Below, one piece after another: positions 47,901 to 59,849 of a DNA stretch of 64,000 nt. The DNA comes from Phoronis australis (Eukaryota; Animalia; Phoronida). Numbering within the stretch: the stretch's first letter is position 1; each line of letters opens with the position of its first letter. Made by a program: the position numbers and the translations under genes. The DNA lies in NCBI GenBank assembly GCA_002633005.1, contig NMRA01000306.1:291866-355865 (forward strand). Direction: 5' to 3'. The notes beneath the pieces were generated by a model. The model saw only the letters and a program-made list of their open reading frames with translations, searched no databases and had not been told where the DNA came from.

Positions 47901-50900
47901 CTGCAAGAGGGACAAGTGCTTATATAATTCTATTTAAAATGACATCTGTCGAGACTGTATAAAATTAGACAGTGTAGAAACAGGCAAAAATTCCTTAAAA
48001 CTTTAAATATCTGTTAAAATTACTTAAGCTTTAGAGCCCAAAGCTCAAAAGCTAATACTTTAATTGCATATTTCACCGGATTTGAAAGTTTTTTACCTGT
48101 CTCTACATTGTAGAAATATAGAACGAGCCACACTATCGTTAATCCTGGTTGCAGTCGGATTTTTTCCCTTGGACTATTCAATCACCTGTCAACACGCATA
48201 TCCTATCGTCATACATGCTCACAATACATGGTCGGCGTACCATAGGGGCTGGGTGGGCTATAGCCTCCCACTTATTTCATTGCTGCGCCACTCATACATT
48301 AGATATTGCAACTCTTTATTGACCGAAATTCTACACTGCCGTAATTTACATGTACATGAGACTGCTGAGGACGTGGCGCAACCCAGCGACAATGTCATGC
48401 ACCCAGATACGCATGAAACTGAAGGACCTGTCAATCACAGCACAATGTTATAGTTGACACATTTGTGACACCTACATGTATAGGCGTGTGCGTTTCACAC
48501 GCGCAGGAAACGATAAATTACAACGAACTGAAAGACCAAGTGATCGCGCGAGTTTTATTCTTTCGTCTTTTGAACATAGCCCAGCTTTAAATCTGGGCAC
48601 GGGGTTGAATTCTTGTACTCGTAATTTGGAGTTTTACTTGAATTTGAAGCTCGAATTTAGAGGTTCATCAAGCACAGGCTCTTGCTAGCAGCATACTGTA
48701 ATTAATAACGTACTCGAACACCGAATACAGAGAATGTTATCTTGAATTCGCCTAACGTAGAGCGCAAAATGTCAAAGTAATTACGAATACAGTGAATAGA
48801 CCTCGGGGCATGGTTATGTTAAAAACTTCTTTAAGGTCGTTTTTATATGTACAGTTATCTACGGATTGTATTAAATTATATTTGGTCAGTTCATGAAATT
48901 ATAAACTTACCAGCGGTCAATATTGTTTTGGAGTCGATTATTTTCCACTTTGATCACCCATACACTCATACTGACGGCTGGTAAGTTAAAGCCCCTTTAC
49001 TTCCTTTTAACGTTTGTTTGTAAAGAAATGGCCATCTCATAATGATTTGATTCATGGGTCTTCCTGTTCACAAATCATTACTGTATCACGACGCCACCGG
49101 CACATCACTGATCTCTTTTGTTTCTTTTGGTGTCATCTGTCATATTTGGATTTAAATAGCCGTAAACCACTTGATAAATAAACTATTCTTAGGACCCGCA
49201 GTTCCCTCCTTCACGCTAATGCAGACAGGCTGGAACTTTTGAGCCTTCACTGACTGAAATTTTCACTAACTTGTTTTCGGCGCCTTTGAGACAACCAAAC
49301 AAGGTTTGTCGATTGATGAGCATTAAACATTACAGTCACATGAATGCAAAACACAATGGCTTTCCCAAAATATAGTCGATCAAGTTCCTTTGTCCATTCA
49401 GAGAGTCTCCATGTTTTGGGTGAAAAACTGGTGACTGTCTGACAAAGTAAATGATCAGCACATAAGTCAAAAGCCAAACACGGGCCTACTGCCATGACTT
49501 ACATGTACATAGGATATGTAATACATGTAACTATACATTGAAACGATTGCTGACTTTCTCACTCAGTCAATGTGTTGCTTTCCAGATAAAAAAACGACCT
49601 CGACATCGCTACCGTCATTATCGCAAGTTTGAACTCCGGAAACCAACATATTGACCTCGGTGAAATTCTATATTTGCAAGCTTTCTTGCTCGATCTGTCT
49701 AAATGGTGAATGTCACAGTTCGTTGGGATGATTGTGCGTGCCAATACCATTTTGAGAGATGTTAAAAACTCTCCGTTGGCAATTGATAATTTCGAAAAAC
49801 TTCAGTGTTGAGACGAGTAAAACTGAGCTTGAATGTACATGCGTACACCCAGGGGGCTCGGGGGACTCGAGCGAGCCCCCCATTTGGCGGAATGGGCCAA
49901 AAGATCCGCCTCCGAGAAACAAAAAGTCCGAGAAAATGAGACGAAAGACCACTAAACAAGCACTAACGCGCAATTTACAGAGGTGTCCCCGTTTTTTTAT
50001 TTTTAGTCCGCCCGCTTTTTTGTTACTAAAAGGTCCACAACGTCAGGAATTCGAGCCCCCCCATATTGAAGGCTAGGTGCGCGCATGATGTACACTACAT
50101 AACTCAGAACTTCTAGTTGTTTTCGTGCAGGAAACCTAAATGTACGAGAATTTCTGGTTTGTCTGCGTCTGCGTTATTTCGGTTCCTAATTATGTCTCAG
50201 CGCAGCACACGAGTGTAAAAAAATGTGCTCTACGAGTTAGTGTGACGTCAAACTTCGCCAGCTGAGTGGCGACTGCCTGATGTTTTAATTTACAGTACAG
50301 TGTGATATTTGGACAGATGGGTTTCAATTAAAATAAGAATATTGTTATAGACTACTATGTATTCATCAAGCTGTATAAAACTTATATTCAGTGTATCTTC
50401 AGTATATATCAATACAATAAGTAATTGCAGTCTATTACCCAGGAGTTTCAGCTTAATTGCTGTACCTTGAGTAAACACGTTTTAACCGAAACCTCTCGTG
50501 CTTTCTTGTAATAATTACGACTGCAAGCGCTGCTGTACGAATTAAATAGAAATAAGCAAGATAAGACTGTAATACCCACGGTGGCTGTTGGGAATGATTT
50601 TGATGCTTTTCTGAAAGTAAGATTTTCGTGTAATGCATGTTTACCTCCCCAAGAGTAACATTATTGAAGGGGCAAAATTGGCGTTGAGCTCCGTAGTTAC
50701 TCTATCAATGAGGTCAGTAACGTTGTGGAAAATACTCTACGAGGTCGATAACGAACAACAGGGTGCAAATCATTGACTTGTTCTACCACCATTTGTCTTT
50801 TATCATCTGGCATATAACAGTGTCGCAATGCATTTGGCGAAGTTCACAATTCTGCGACCGTAATTTTATGCTAATTTTTATCAATCCCAACAACATTTGT

Positions 50901-51552
50901 ATGCATGTGAATTTATCGCAGAAATTTAACACCCCTTTCTGACACTCGCTGCAGCATGTAGACCTAGGTCGGGGGCTAATCTTTTTACTTGAAATCTCAT
51001 TGTCTTTTCTACTTTTGTGTGAACACGAACCCTTAATATTTCCTATGCACGAGTACACAGTAGTTTACAAGAATACAGCGTCTTAACCTAATTTGCAAAT
51101 GATGACCCCTGCATTAAGGCTGAAATTTCAAGTCTGAGCTCAATATCTTGAGTAAAAACTCAAGTTTGTTGCTCAAAGGTATGATTCAAAAAGTTCACTG
51201 TACGAACTTGGAATAGAAGTAACTCATATGCATGAAATATAATTTACTGAAGCACAGACTAATAGGCGCTTAGCATGAGTAGAGCAAAAAATGGTAAAAA
51301 TAATTTCGATTTCGAATACGACTAAGATTAGATAGACCTTGACCTCTGGAGCTGGACCTACTAGAAACTAACAGCCGATCCAATACATGCGGTGTCGTGA
51401 AAATGGCGTTCATAGACGGATTTAGGGGGTAGGGTCCCCCTCCCTTGGCTGGCGGAAGCAAAATTAAACAGTAACAGCGTAACAGCGTGAGAAAATATGG
51501 AGTACACTAACTAAGAACGGCAGCGGACGAGAGAGGGGGGGGGGGGGGGCCC

Positions 51553-51598
51553 NNNNNNNNNNNNNNNNNNNNNNNNNNNNNNNNNNNNNNNNNNNNNN
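51553..51598. other. Assembly gap (46 N) inside a poly-G/poly-C repeat
   Basis: Direct reading. Confidence 0.99.
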
Positions 51599-52095
51599 CC
51601 CCCCCCCCCCTTATGGTATCCTAGGTCCGCCACTGACGTTAAGTGTCTGTAGTAAACGTGGTATATAACTGAACAGTGTTATTGCTTGCGAATAGACTCT
51701 ACAATGTGACTTGTCACTCCGTGTCATTTTATTTGCCGAACATACACTGTAGCCCGAGCAAAACGAACTGTCTTTAGTTCTTTGCACGAAAAAATCGCTT
51801 CTCATCTGATTAGTGAACAAGTTGCGACCCATTTCAGCGGGGCAGGTGGTCTAAATCAAAAGTATTTCCATCAACGGAAGGCGGGTTTACAACCCTTTAT
51901 CAACAAACAAATTGTGAGTTATTGAGTCGACTTGTCCGACGGACATTAGTCGACACAATAGGCCTACATGTAAGTCAGATAAGAGGAAGCCAAAGGGGTC
52001 AGCGGAAACCGGGATATATTTTATTTATCTAATGCGTAATTCTAGGGTTGATTCGAAGCCTGAGAAGCTATCTTTGCTACTACATGTGCATACAT

Positions 52096-52248
52096 ATAGA
52101 TTGTTACATGGCGAAGTCGTTATATCCAGCGTTATCTAGAGCCTGAGTGGATTTTGGAGAATTGTTGCCCGAGGGTGATAATTCTACAAAATCCACGAGG
52201 GCTCTAGATAACGGGGGATATAACGACTGAGAACATGTAATAATCTAT
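52096..52248. repeat. ~150-bp imperfect hairpin
   Basis: atagattgttacatg...agtcgttatatcc...gttatctagagcc...gtggatttt pairs with the mirrored right arm; centre cccgaggg. Confidence 0.85.
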
Positions 52249-52464
52249 TTATACCTCATACTGAATGAGAAACATTGCAATGAATCGATGTAGCTTTCTC
52301 GACTCGCCTCGGCTTTGTAACTACTTTCTATGTCAGAGGCCCGGTGTCTGAGGTCGTCACCATTTAAGAAAAGCCGAGTTATTCTTGTCAAATAATGCTT
52401 TTACTCAAACCACGGCAGATCGAGTTCCCGAGACAGGAGAATTAAGTGAAACTTCTTATCGGTC

Positions 52465-53050
52465 CCCTACGTGCTTAGCCAGCACGCAGGTATAACGCAG
52501 TGGCACGCGCTTTAGCATTGGTTGATGTAACATCAGCACTCATTGGTTAGCTTTATAACACCGTGAAAAACTGGCAAACTGTGAGCGATTTTAGCCTTGT
52601 CATATGTCGCAACAACTATTTCGTTTCTGCTGTGATGTATAATAGCCGCGTGCTTGAAGCACATACATGTACAATAAACACATATCTGGTCGATTTAACC
52701 GGTATGTTATTCATATTGTATGACTACAGGACAGTATCGTAAACAAAATCCATCGACAGTAAAACGATGCATTCCGAAAAGGCGCAACCACAATTTCTAG
52801 GATTCACATTTCCTGAACATAAATTTTAATCAACGACTTCTCTGCACAGCAGTCCTCATTTACACTTCACTCCATCAGTCATGCCAACATAGACTATGGA
52901 ATATCTACGATGCCAGATTGTTTGCCTAAAGCGCTGCCTGTTGAGAATTCGACTAGCCAATCCGAAACGCCGGTGTAAAAAAAATTCCCGAGTAAAATTA
53001 AGTGATACCTGCGTGCTGGCTACTGACCACCTAGCGGCACTCAGGGAACC
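52465..53050. mobile_element. MITE family copy 1
   Basis: Perfect 18-bp inverted repeat tagccagcacgcaggtat (52476-52493 / 53005-53022); colinear with 57110-57640. Confidence 0.8.
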
Positions 53051-55332
53051 AGCGTGGTGAAACTATTGTAATCCGGCATAGCGATAACTCGCAACGACTT
53101 GAGTGAGCTTTTCTTATACTTTTCGTTAATTTCGGGGCATACGGTACGCAGCTCTGTCGAGTAACTAAAAAAACTGCTCAAAACTGTGATTTCTTTTTTC
53201 CATTAAAATTCGGCGCAATAGCGTCGGGGACTCATCTAGGATTTGAAAACTGGGGGTCGAAATTCGTGAAACTGATGAGTCGTGCAAACTGCAAATCTGA
53301 GGCGCGCAGCGCTGATGGGGGGGAGGTGGGGTAGATTCCCCCCACCTGGTGAAGAAAAAAATGTTACATAAAAAGGTAATTTCCTTGCATTTTATTTAGC
53401 ACTCTGTTTGCATGTCTTTTTCTTGTTCAAAGGACGGCACTTAGGGAAACTTATCAAAAATTATGAGGCTTGTTCCATTCACGATGTTTGTATTGTCACT
53501 AGACTGAAAAAATCCAGATCTGTAAATCTTTTTAGTAAGATAATCTATATAGAGTTGCATGTTAGACAGATAATCCACAGCATGAGTACAAGACTCAATG
53601 TATCTTGGAGGTCTCAAAAGAGAAGAATACTCCTTTAATGCAGTTGAGAAACCATAATATATTCTAGAGTACATGTCTACGTTTCATCATTACATCGCAC
53701 AGTACCACAATTCACGAATCTACAAAAACAAGACCATATCCTCAACAAATTCACAAATCAGTATCGCCAGTGCTAAAATGATAAAAATGAAAGTTAAGTT
53801 ATAACATATTTGAGCTTAAACCAATAGCATTTCTGAATTCCTCGTCAGATGCTGATCATGTTCCGTTTTTGAATCACCAAAATCACCCAACTACAACAGA
53901 AGTTAAGACAATCTATTCTGTCCAAACGGACGCATTGTGTTTGACTGTGTTCATACGCATTCGGTAATAGCGTGCAAACACCATACGTTTCCTTTGAAGC
54001 TTGGGAGATTGGCCTGCTTGTTATCGTACGGGACAAAAGACTGCGCTGGGCAGTTAACAAAAGAGCCGGATGTTATCGCACGTTCAGCACCCCTCACGTC
54101 TGGAAAAGTTACTGAACGACAGAACGCTGTAATGAATAGGAGTGACGGCGCGCGTGTATACCCAGACTTGGCTTCGTAAAGGATTATGACCAAAAAAACT
54201 CCGTGTTTGAATTTGGCATTCGTATTTTTACATTTCTTAAACGTTTTTCCGAGCGCTTTACTCGTTGGCTACGAGTGGTGGCCGGGGACATCGTAGTTGT
54301 TGCGTCTTCTGCAGTGCATTATAAGTGGACGCTTTGTTGAATTGAAACTTGCCAGGTCGAAAGTCAATCACAGTCTTTCATAGTACGCTGACAAGAAATT
54401 TATTCTTAAAAAGAACCATTCTTTTCTTGCAAATTAAGAGTCAAATCCCCCGGCGTGGTTCACAGCCGTAGTAACAGGTGCTGTGCACGTGACTGGCTGA
54501 CCTACTTTTTTCCATGTACGGCACGCAGTGCCACACGCAGAGGATAAACTCGAATCGCCCAACAATCATGGAATTCCACAATAAGTTGAAGTATTTCAAA
54601 GCATTTATTTTCATGCTACATGTAAGTTAGCCATTGAATACGTAACCAACATTTCAAACCACATTTTTTCTCGTAAAGTTTGCACTGAATTCTCGCACAT
54701 CAATATAAGTCGTTCGGCCGTGCAGATTTTTTGATATCTTTTCATTCATTCGTTCGAGTTGCAACGGAACTATGCGAACAAATTAAGGAAGATTGCGCTA
54801 AGTTTTATCTGGTTTGCATGTTCAACGACATTGATGGCATTTGTACAGCAGGCCAGTGCTAGAATTTTGGCGGGTATCATTTTTTCGAAGTGTACGTTCT
54901 CGGCTATTTCAAATTGGCTGCTCCGTCGAATACATCGAGTGCCTCTTCAACTTCCGCGTCGGCAACTAGCATTAAGGGTACGGCAAATCTTTTGAAGTTC
55001 GGGTGTGGGTTCTTCAATTTCAAAGATTAAGTGTCCATGTACGGGTAGTAAGCGCTGGATGCAATATTCCTCGACACTAGTCGTGCGGGGGTTTCCGTAT
55101 GAAGTCACCTTGACGTCACAGAATAGGAAGGTATTCCCCAAAGATGGCTGCCAGTATTTGCCGATCGTCATTGACATTTATAGAAAAATAGACTGCAAAA
55201 ACTTCTAATGTCGAGTTATTTCTTAATATTTAGCGAACTTAAACAATGAATTGTAAGTTTCAATAAAATTTATTATTAATAAATGTTAAAATTCTTCGTT
55301 TAGCCTTCATTTTCGCCGAGGTTGTTTTGGTA

Positions 55333-55444
55333 CAGGGCAGAGTATTAGCCAGGATTTTGACTATCAGTCATTGGCACTACCGAACTGCCCAATGGAATCT
55401 TGAAGATTTTTGGGGGGCCATGGCCCCCTCTAAATCCGCCACTG
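55333..55444. repeat. Short dispersed GC-rich repeat ending ...ccccctctaaatccgccactg
   Basis: Homologous copies at 20283-20401, 20945-21063 and 42400-42512; related ends at 51408-51634. Confidence 0.75.
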
Positions 55445-57109
55445 TGCCCCTCCCTACCGGTCCCCCGCATCATGTGTCCCTGATTTAACAGTACTTAAAA
55501 GTACTTTGCACCTGCGTTTAGTGTTAGTCATGGACTTTTAGAACAGAGACAATGCATTTGTTTCATCTGTGACTCATTAGGTTCCTCTAACAATGACTAA
55601 CCGAGTGTTTAAACAAGTAGTTTTATGGAATACGTGCAAAGATTGCAATACACATACACATGAACAAAAAAACAAGTGGAATACGAAGAATGCTTAGTTA
55701 GCTCAATAATTTACCAATCAGTGTGCTTTATCTGAAACTACAACGATTTACAGCCTTCTTAATAAGTGCAATGCCCAAGAAGTGGCATGCTTAGGCTGGG
55801 TAGAAAGCCCACCAAGAAAATTAATCGTCAACTGCTGCACTTAGAGGCGCCAAAAGGTCAAATCAAGACCGAGCGCTGATTACAGAAACGTGTGTCACGC
55901 GCGAATCGGGCAGGCTAACGGTCAATAGTGAAAGGGTTTGTGTTTTGTGCTCTTATTTAACTGCCTGAAAGCAACTGAAAATGTAGTTCGTGAAAATGGT
56001 TCCGCCAAATACATGTAAGGTGGTGCACATGACACCATAGCATGCAGTATCTGAAACGGTCCCTTCGATTGGTTTTGTTGTCTGGACACGTTACAATGAA
56101 ATCCGAGCGCATCGTATTGCGAAATTTGCCATCATTTTCTTTCAACTTTGTGCATGACGTCGTGTGGTGCGGTTAAACGCATATCATGTGAGAATAATTA
56201 GTCTTTAGGTCTATACATGCCATATGTTGGTCACGTCACGTGACCTGTGGTCCCGATAAATTCGTAGTGAACCAGACCGTGTGCGCAGTTAGCAGAAAGC
56301 CTCTCGCTGGTCCCTAATTGGCACTGAATAGTTAGGCTGCGGCCGCGGCCAATTTGTACTGCCAAAATACTAAAATTTTGGGGTAGGCCAAGTTTGGGGG
56401 CATTTTGTAGGTGGGCATTGCATGTAGGCTCAGTGAATGGGGTTTGTTTGCATTTGTGAACATGCTGAGAATAAAAAAGCGACTTTCTCGGCTGTAGCTG
56501 CACTTTTCTTCAACATGGCGGCCCCAGGTTGCAATTGTGCATTGTTGGGTAGCGACTGAGAAATTGGCCGCGATTTCAGGTAGCCCTCAAACAAGCCAGA
56601 TTTGCAAAAAAAAATAGTTCGCTGACAGTACTTTAGGACCACATTTTCGGAATATGTAGGAAATTTGCTCTCAGAATCTATTGTTGGTTTTAGTCGTGCA
56701 TCGGCGCATCGGCAGGGAAGTGGTGATTTTTCGAGTAAAAAGTGTCGATTTTGCATTTTTTGCCCTTATTTTTCTTAGTTCATCTTGGTTTTCAATGGGA
56801 GTGAAAGGGTCAAAAATACAAGAGAGTACAAAGTTTCCGTGCTCATCTGTAGGGCTTGTGATGTGAGATGAATCAAAACTTTTTTATTTGCATTTGTGAA
56901 GAAAGGGTGAAGAGTCCATTGACGTGTATTCTGATAGGCAAATCCCTATGAGAACTGTTCAGCGCCTCCCCCTGCGGCAGAATGGTGAATGTTGGCCAAT
57001 TCCCCTTTTGTCCACTGACGTCACAAGCATACTGGCGCCCCAGTGGAGGCCCTGAGAACTCTTAAATACGAGTTCATGAACCCGGTAGTATCCAGCCTAG
57101 CAACGGCCT

Positions 57110-57640
57110 CCCTACGTGCCTAGCCAGAACGCAGGTATCACGCAGTGACACGCGCTTTAGCATTGGTTGATGTAACCTCAGCAGTCATTGGTTAGCTTTA
57201 CAGCGCCGTGAAAAAATGGCGGACTGTGAACGATTTCTAGCCTCGTCAAGCAAGTTGCGTCGCAGCAACTCTATTTCGTTTCTGCAACTTAGGATGTTTA
57301 ATTTCCGCGTGCTTGCAGCACATACATGTACAATAAACACATATCTGGCCGATTTAACCGATGTGTTATTCATAGTGTATGAATACAGGACAGTATCGTT
57401 AACAAAAGTCATCGACAGTGGAAAGATGCATTCCGAAAAGGCGCAACCACAATTTCTAAAATTCACATTTCTTGAACATAAATTTGAAGCACCGATTTGT
57501 CTGTACAACAGACCGTAGAGTATCTATGATGCCAGTTTATTTGCGACTAGCTAATCAGAAACACCGGTGTAAAAAAAAATTTCACGAGGAAAATTAAGTG
57601 ATACCTACCGACCACCTAGCGGCACACAGTGAACTAGCGG
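57110..57640. mobile_element. MITE family copy 2 (right TIR partly deleted)
   Basis: Colinear similarity to 52465-53050 over ~500 bp. Confidence 0.8.
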
Positions 57641-58422
57641 GCAGGAAGCCTAGGGCCCGAACCCAGATCGGAACAAAGACCTTTTCAGACTTAAATTTAG
57701 GTGACGTCATGTGACCAACATATGGCGTGTATGAAGACTAATAACTTTTATTTACATGTATAATAAAATCAACGCGCTGACTTATAACAGCACAATTATC
57801 ATTGTTAGAATGTTTAAGATAGTGCTAATTTATAGTATGTAAAGACGCAGTGGAAAACAAAATGAGAGCTATATAATTATGGATTAGTAAGTGACTTGAG
57901 CGGAAATTGCGCAGTAAGTATGCCCGTTAGCATTACATGCACGATTTGTTAGAACAGGCTCCAAGAGTGACGTGGACGAGAGAGACACATGGATCCAACT
58001 GTTCATAATTACAAGTAATGAACAGACGAGCCCGGAGGGGCATGGCATCGTTTATCCTTGAGGTTGAAAACAGCGTTTACGACTCTACAACCCATATAAA
58101 TGATGCAGATTTTTTCAGGTAAAACTAAAATGAACTTTAAATAGACTTGTGGATTATGGGACCGTGTAAGTGTAAACGTGCGACTCGCCTAGCGCAGAGA
58201 AAACGAATTGAAATGAAATGGAACATTTGCCACTAACACATTAAATCATTCAATTATAAATAAATATTAAAACGAAGTACATGTAGGCTGTTATAGTGAA
58301 GATTGTAATAAATACTAACAGTATACGGGAAGCAGATATGCGACTAACCAGCTACAACTGTATGTGAGATTTCTTTTGAATCTACAGAAGGTTTTATCGA
58401 ACTAAAACCGAGGTTGATTTAC

Positions 58423-58473
58423 CTTTGTTCGCCCCCATGGAAGGGACCTCGACTTGGATCTTATTTTATCCAT
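58423..58473 (-). CDS. Candidate upstream first coding exon of the G-alpha gene (MDKIRSKSRSLPWGRTK)
   Basis: ATG...AAG|gtaaat donor in phase 0, matching the open phase-0 acceptor at 47900; CpG-richer sequence lies upstream (about 58580-58710). Confidence 0.4.
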
Positions 58474-59757
58474 CTGATGATTGTTCAATAAGACGAAAGA
58501 GCCTATCTACTCATGCTGTACTCTCTTTCAAATGGACGCGCCCATCTTCTACTAGGGTTATCTTCAGAAAGCACTAAAGTCTGTGATACATATAGCGCCT
58601 GAGCTCGTGACGCAAAACGATTGCAAAAAGCCTCTACGAAAGCAGCCGTGTTTACGAGCCCCGAAGGCACACCGATACGCTCACGGTTCTCGCAATACAG
58701 CGCTTCTTTTTCTAATGTTGAGCACCCCTATTTACATGTATGTTTCGGCGTTCTTAAATTACCTCATGAACTCGGCAGACCTAGTGTAACCTGCTCGAAA
58801 GTGCAATAATCTGTGTAGGAAGGGTCACCAGGTAGCGAGACCGTCTCGTCCAACAGTCGGGTCACCTAGACCTACCACTGAAATAACACGTCTCGGAAAT
58901 CGACGATGTTTCATGAGTCCGCTCAAAAATAGTTCCAATATTTAATAAGTTACCAAAAACAGCTTGAATGGTCTCCTGGAATTGCTTTTGAAGGCCGATG
59001 TTACTACATGTAGATAACATTTTTAATATGGGAATGCAGCAACTGGTTACATGTGAACAAGACAGTGTGCTACTGTTGGCTTACCATTAAACGGTAGGAA
59101 ACGTGTTTTTGTAGGTAAGATATACAGCACTGATTGGTAAACCAGTCGATGAAACATTAATTTCAAACCGAATGGTAGACGCATTATGTTGGACAAGGGA
59201 TTTCGATTAACCGCGAAACGCATCGCTCGGTTATGTGACAGTGGACTATTTTAAGGAATAATTATCGGTATTGAAAACATCGATCTGAAACAAACCAAAT
59301 ATTTGTGATAGTCTATCGTCGTAGTTTCCAGAAAAAAAATCTGCAGAGGCGTGTTTGAAGAGAAACCCATCATTCCTATCAATGTTGAATTCACTGTTAC
59401 TTTTTCATCATGACTACATGTAAATAACCTGTTCTGTGCATCGGCACACATGAAGTCGACCTAAGCAACAGAGATTTAATTATTTTCGTTTCATGTTAAA
59501 ATTGTACACATACAATACAAGTTGTAATGCAATAGAAACTGGACATAAATTGATTACCGCTTTCTAATCGTTAAGTAAACGGATTACAAAATAGCGTGTT
59601 AACCCTGCAGTCCGGACTATTCAGCGTAAAGCGACATGCAGTCGCTGATCGTCAGTTTGTTGTTTAATTTATTACGTGCCGCATAATATTCACTTAGTTC
59701 CTTAGGCGACAATGATTTGCTTTAAAGCTCAAAACTCCAGGTTTTAATAGCGTGGCC

Positions 59758-59849
59758 ATTCAAGTAATCGGAGCTCCACAGAACAGGACAGCCTTCAGTT
59801 CACGTAACAATTCAAGTAATCAGAGCTCCACAGAACAGGAGAGTCTTCA
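59758..59849. repeat. 40-bp direct repeat, 2 copies
   Basis: attcaagtaatc(g/a)gagctccacagaacagga... at 59758 and 59810. Confidence 0.8.

Noticed and set aside
48911-48970. Minus-strand gtaagt donor with upstream ATGs as G-alpha first coding exon
   Set aside because: The phase-0 frame contains stops and the MG start terminates after 7 codons; at most a 5' UTR exon.
50645-50740. Minus-strand ...IMLLLG|gtaaac as G-alpha exon 1
   Set aside because: It ends in phase 2, incompatible with the phase-1 acceptor at 40469; the true beta1 exon is 47774-47900. The peptide may be a transposase scrap.
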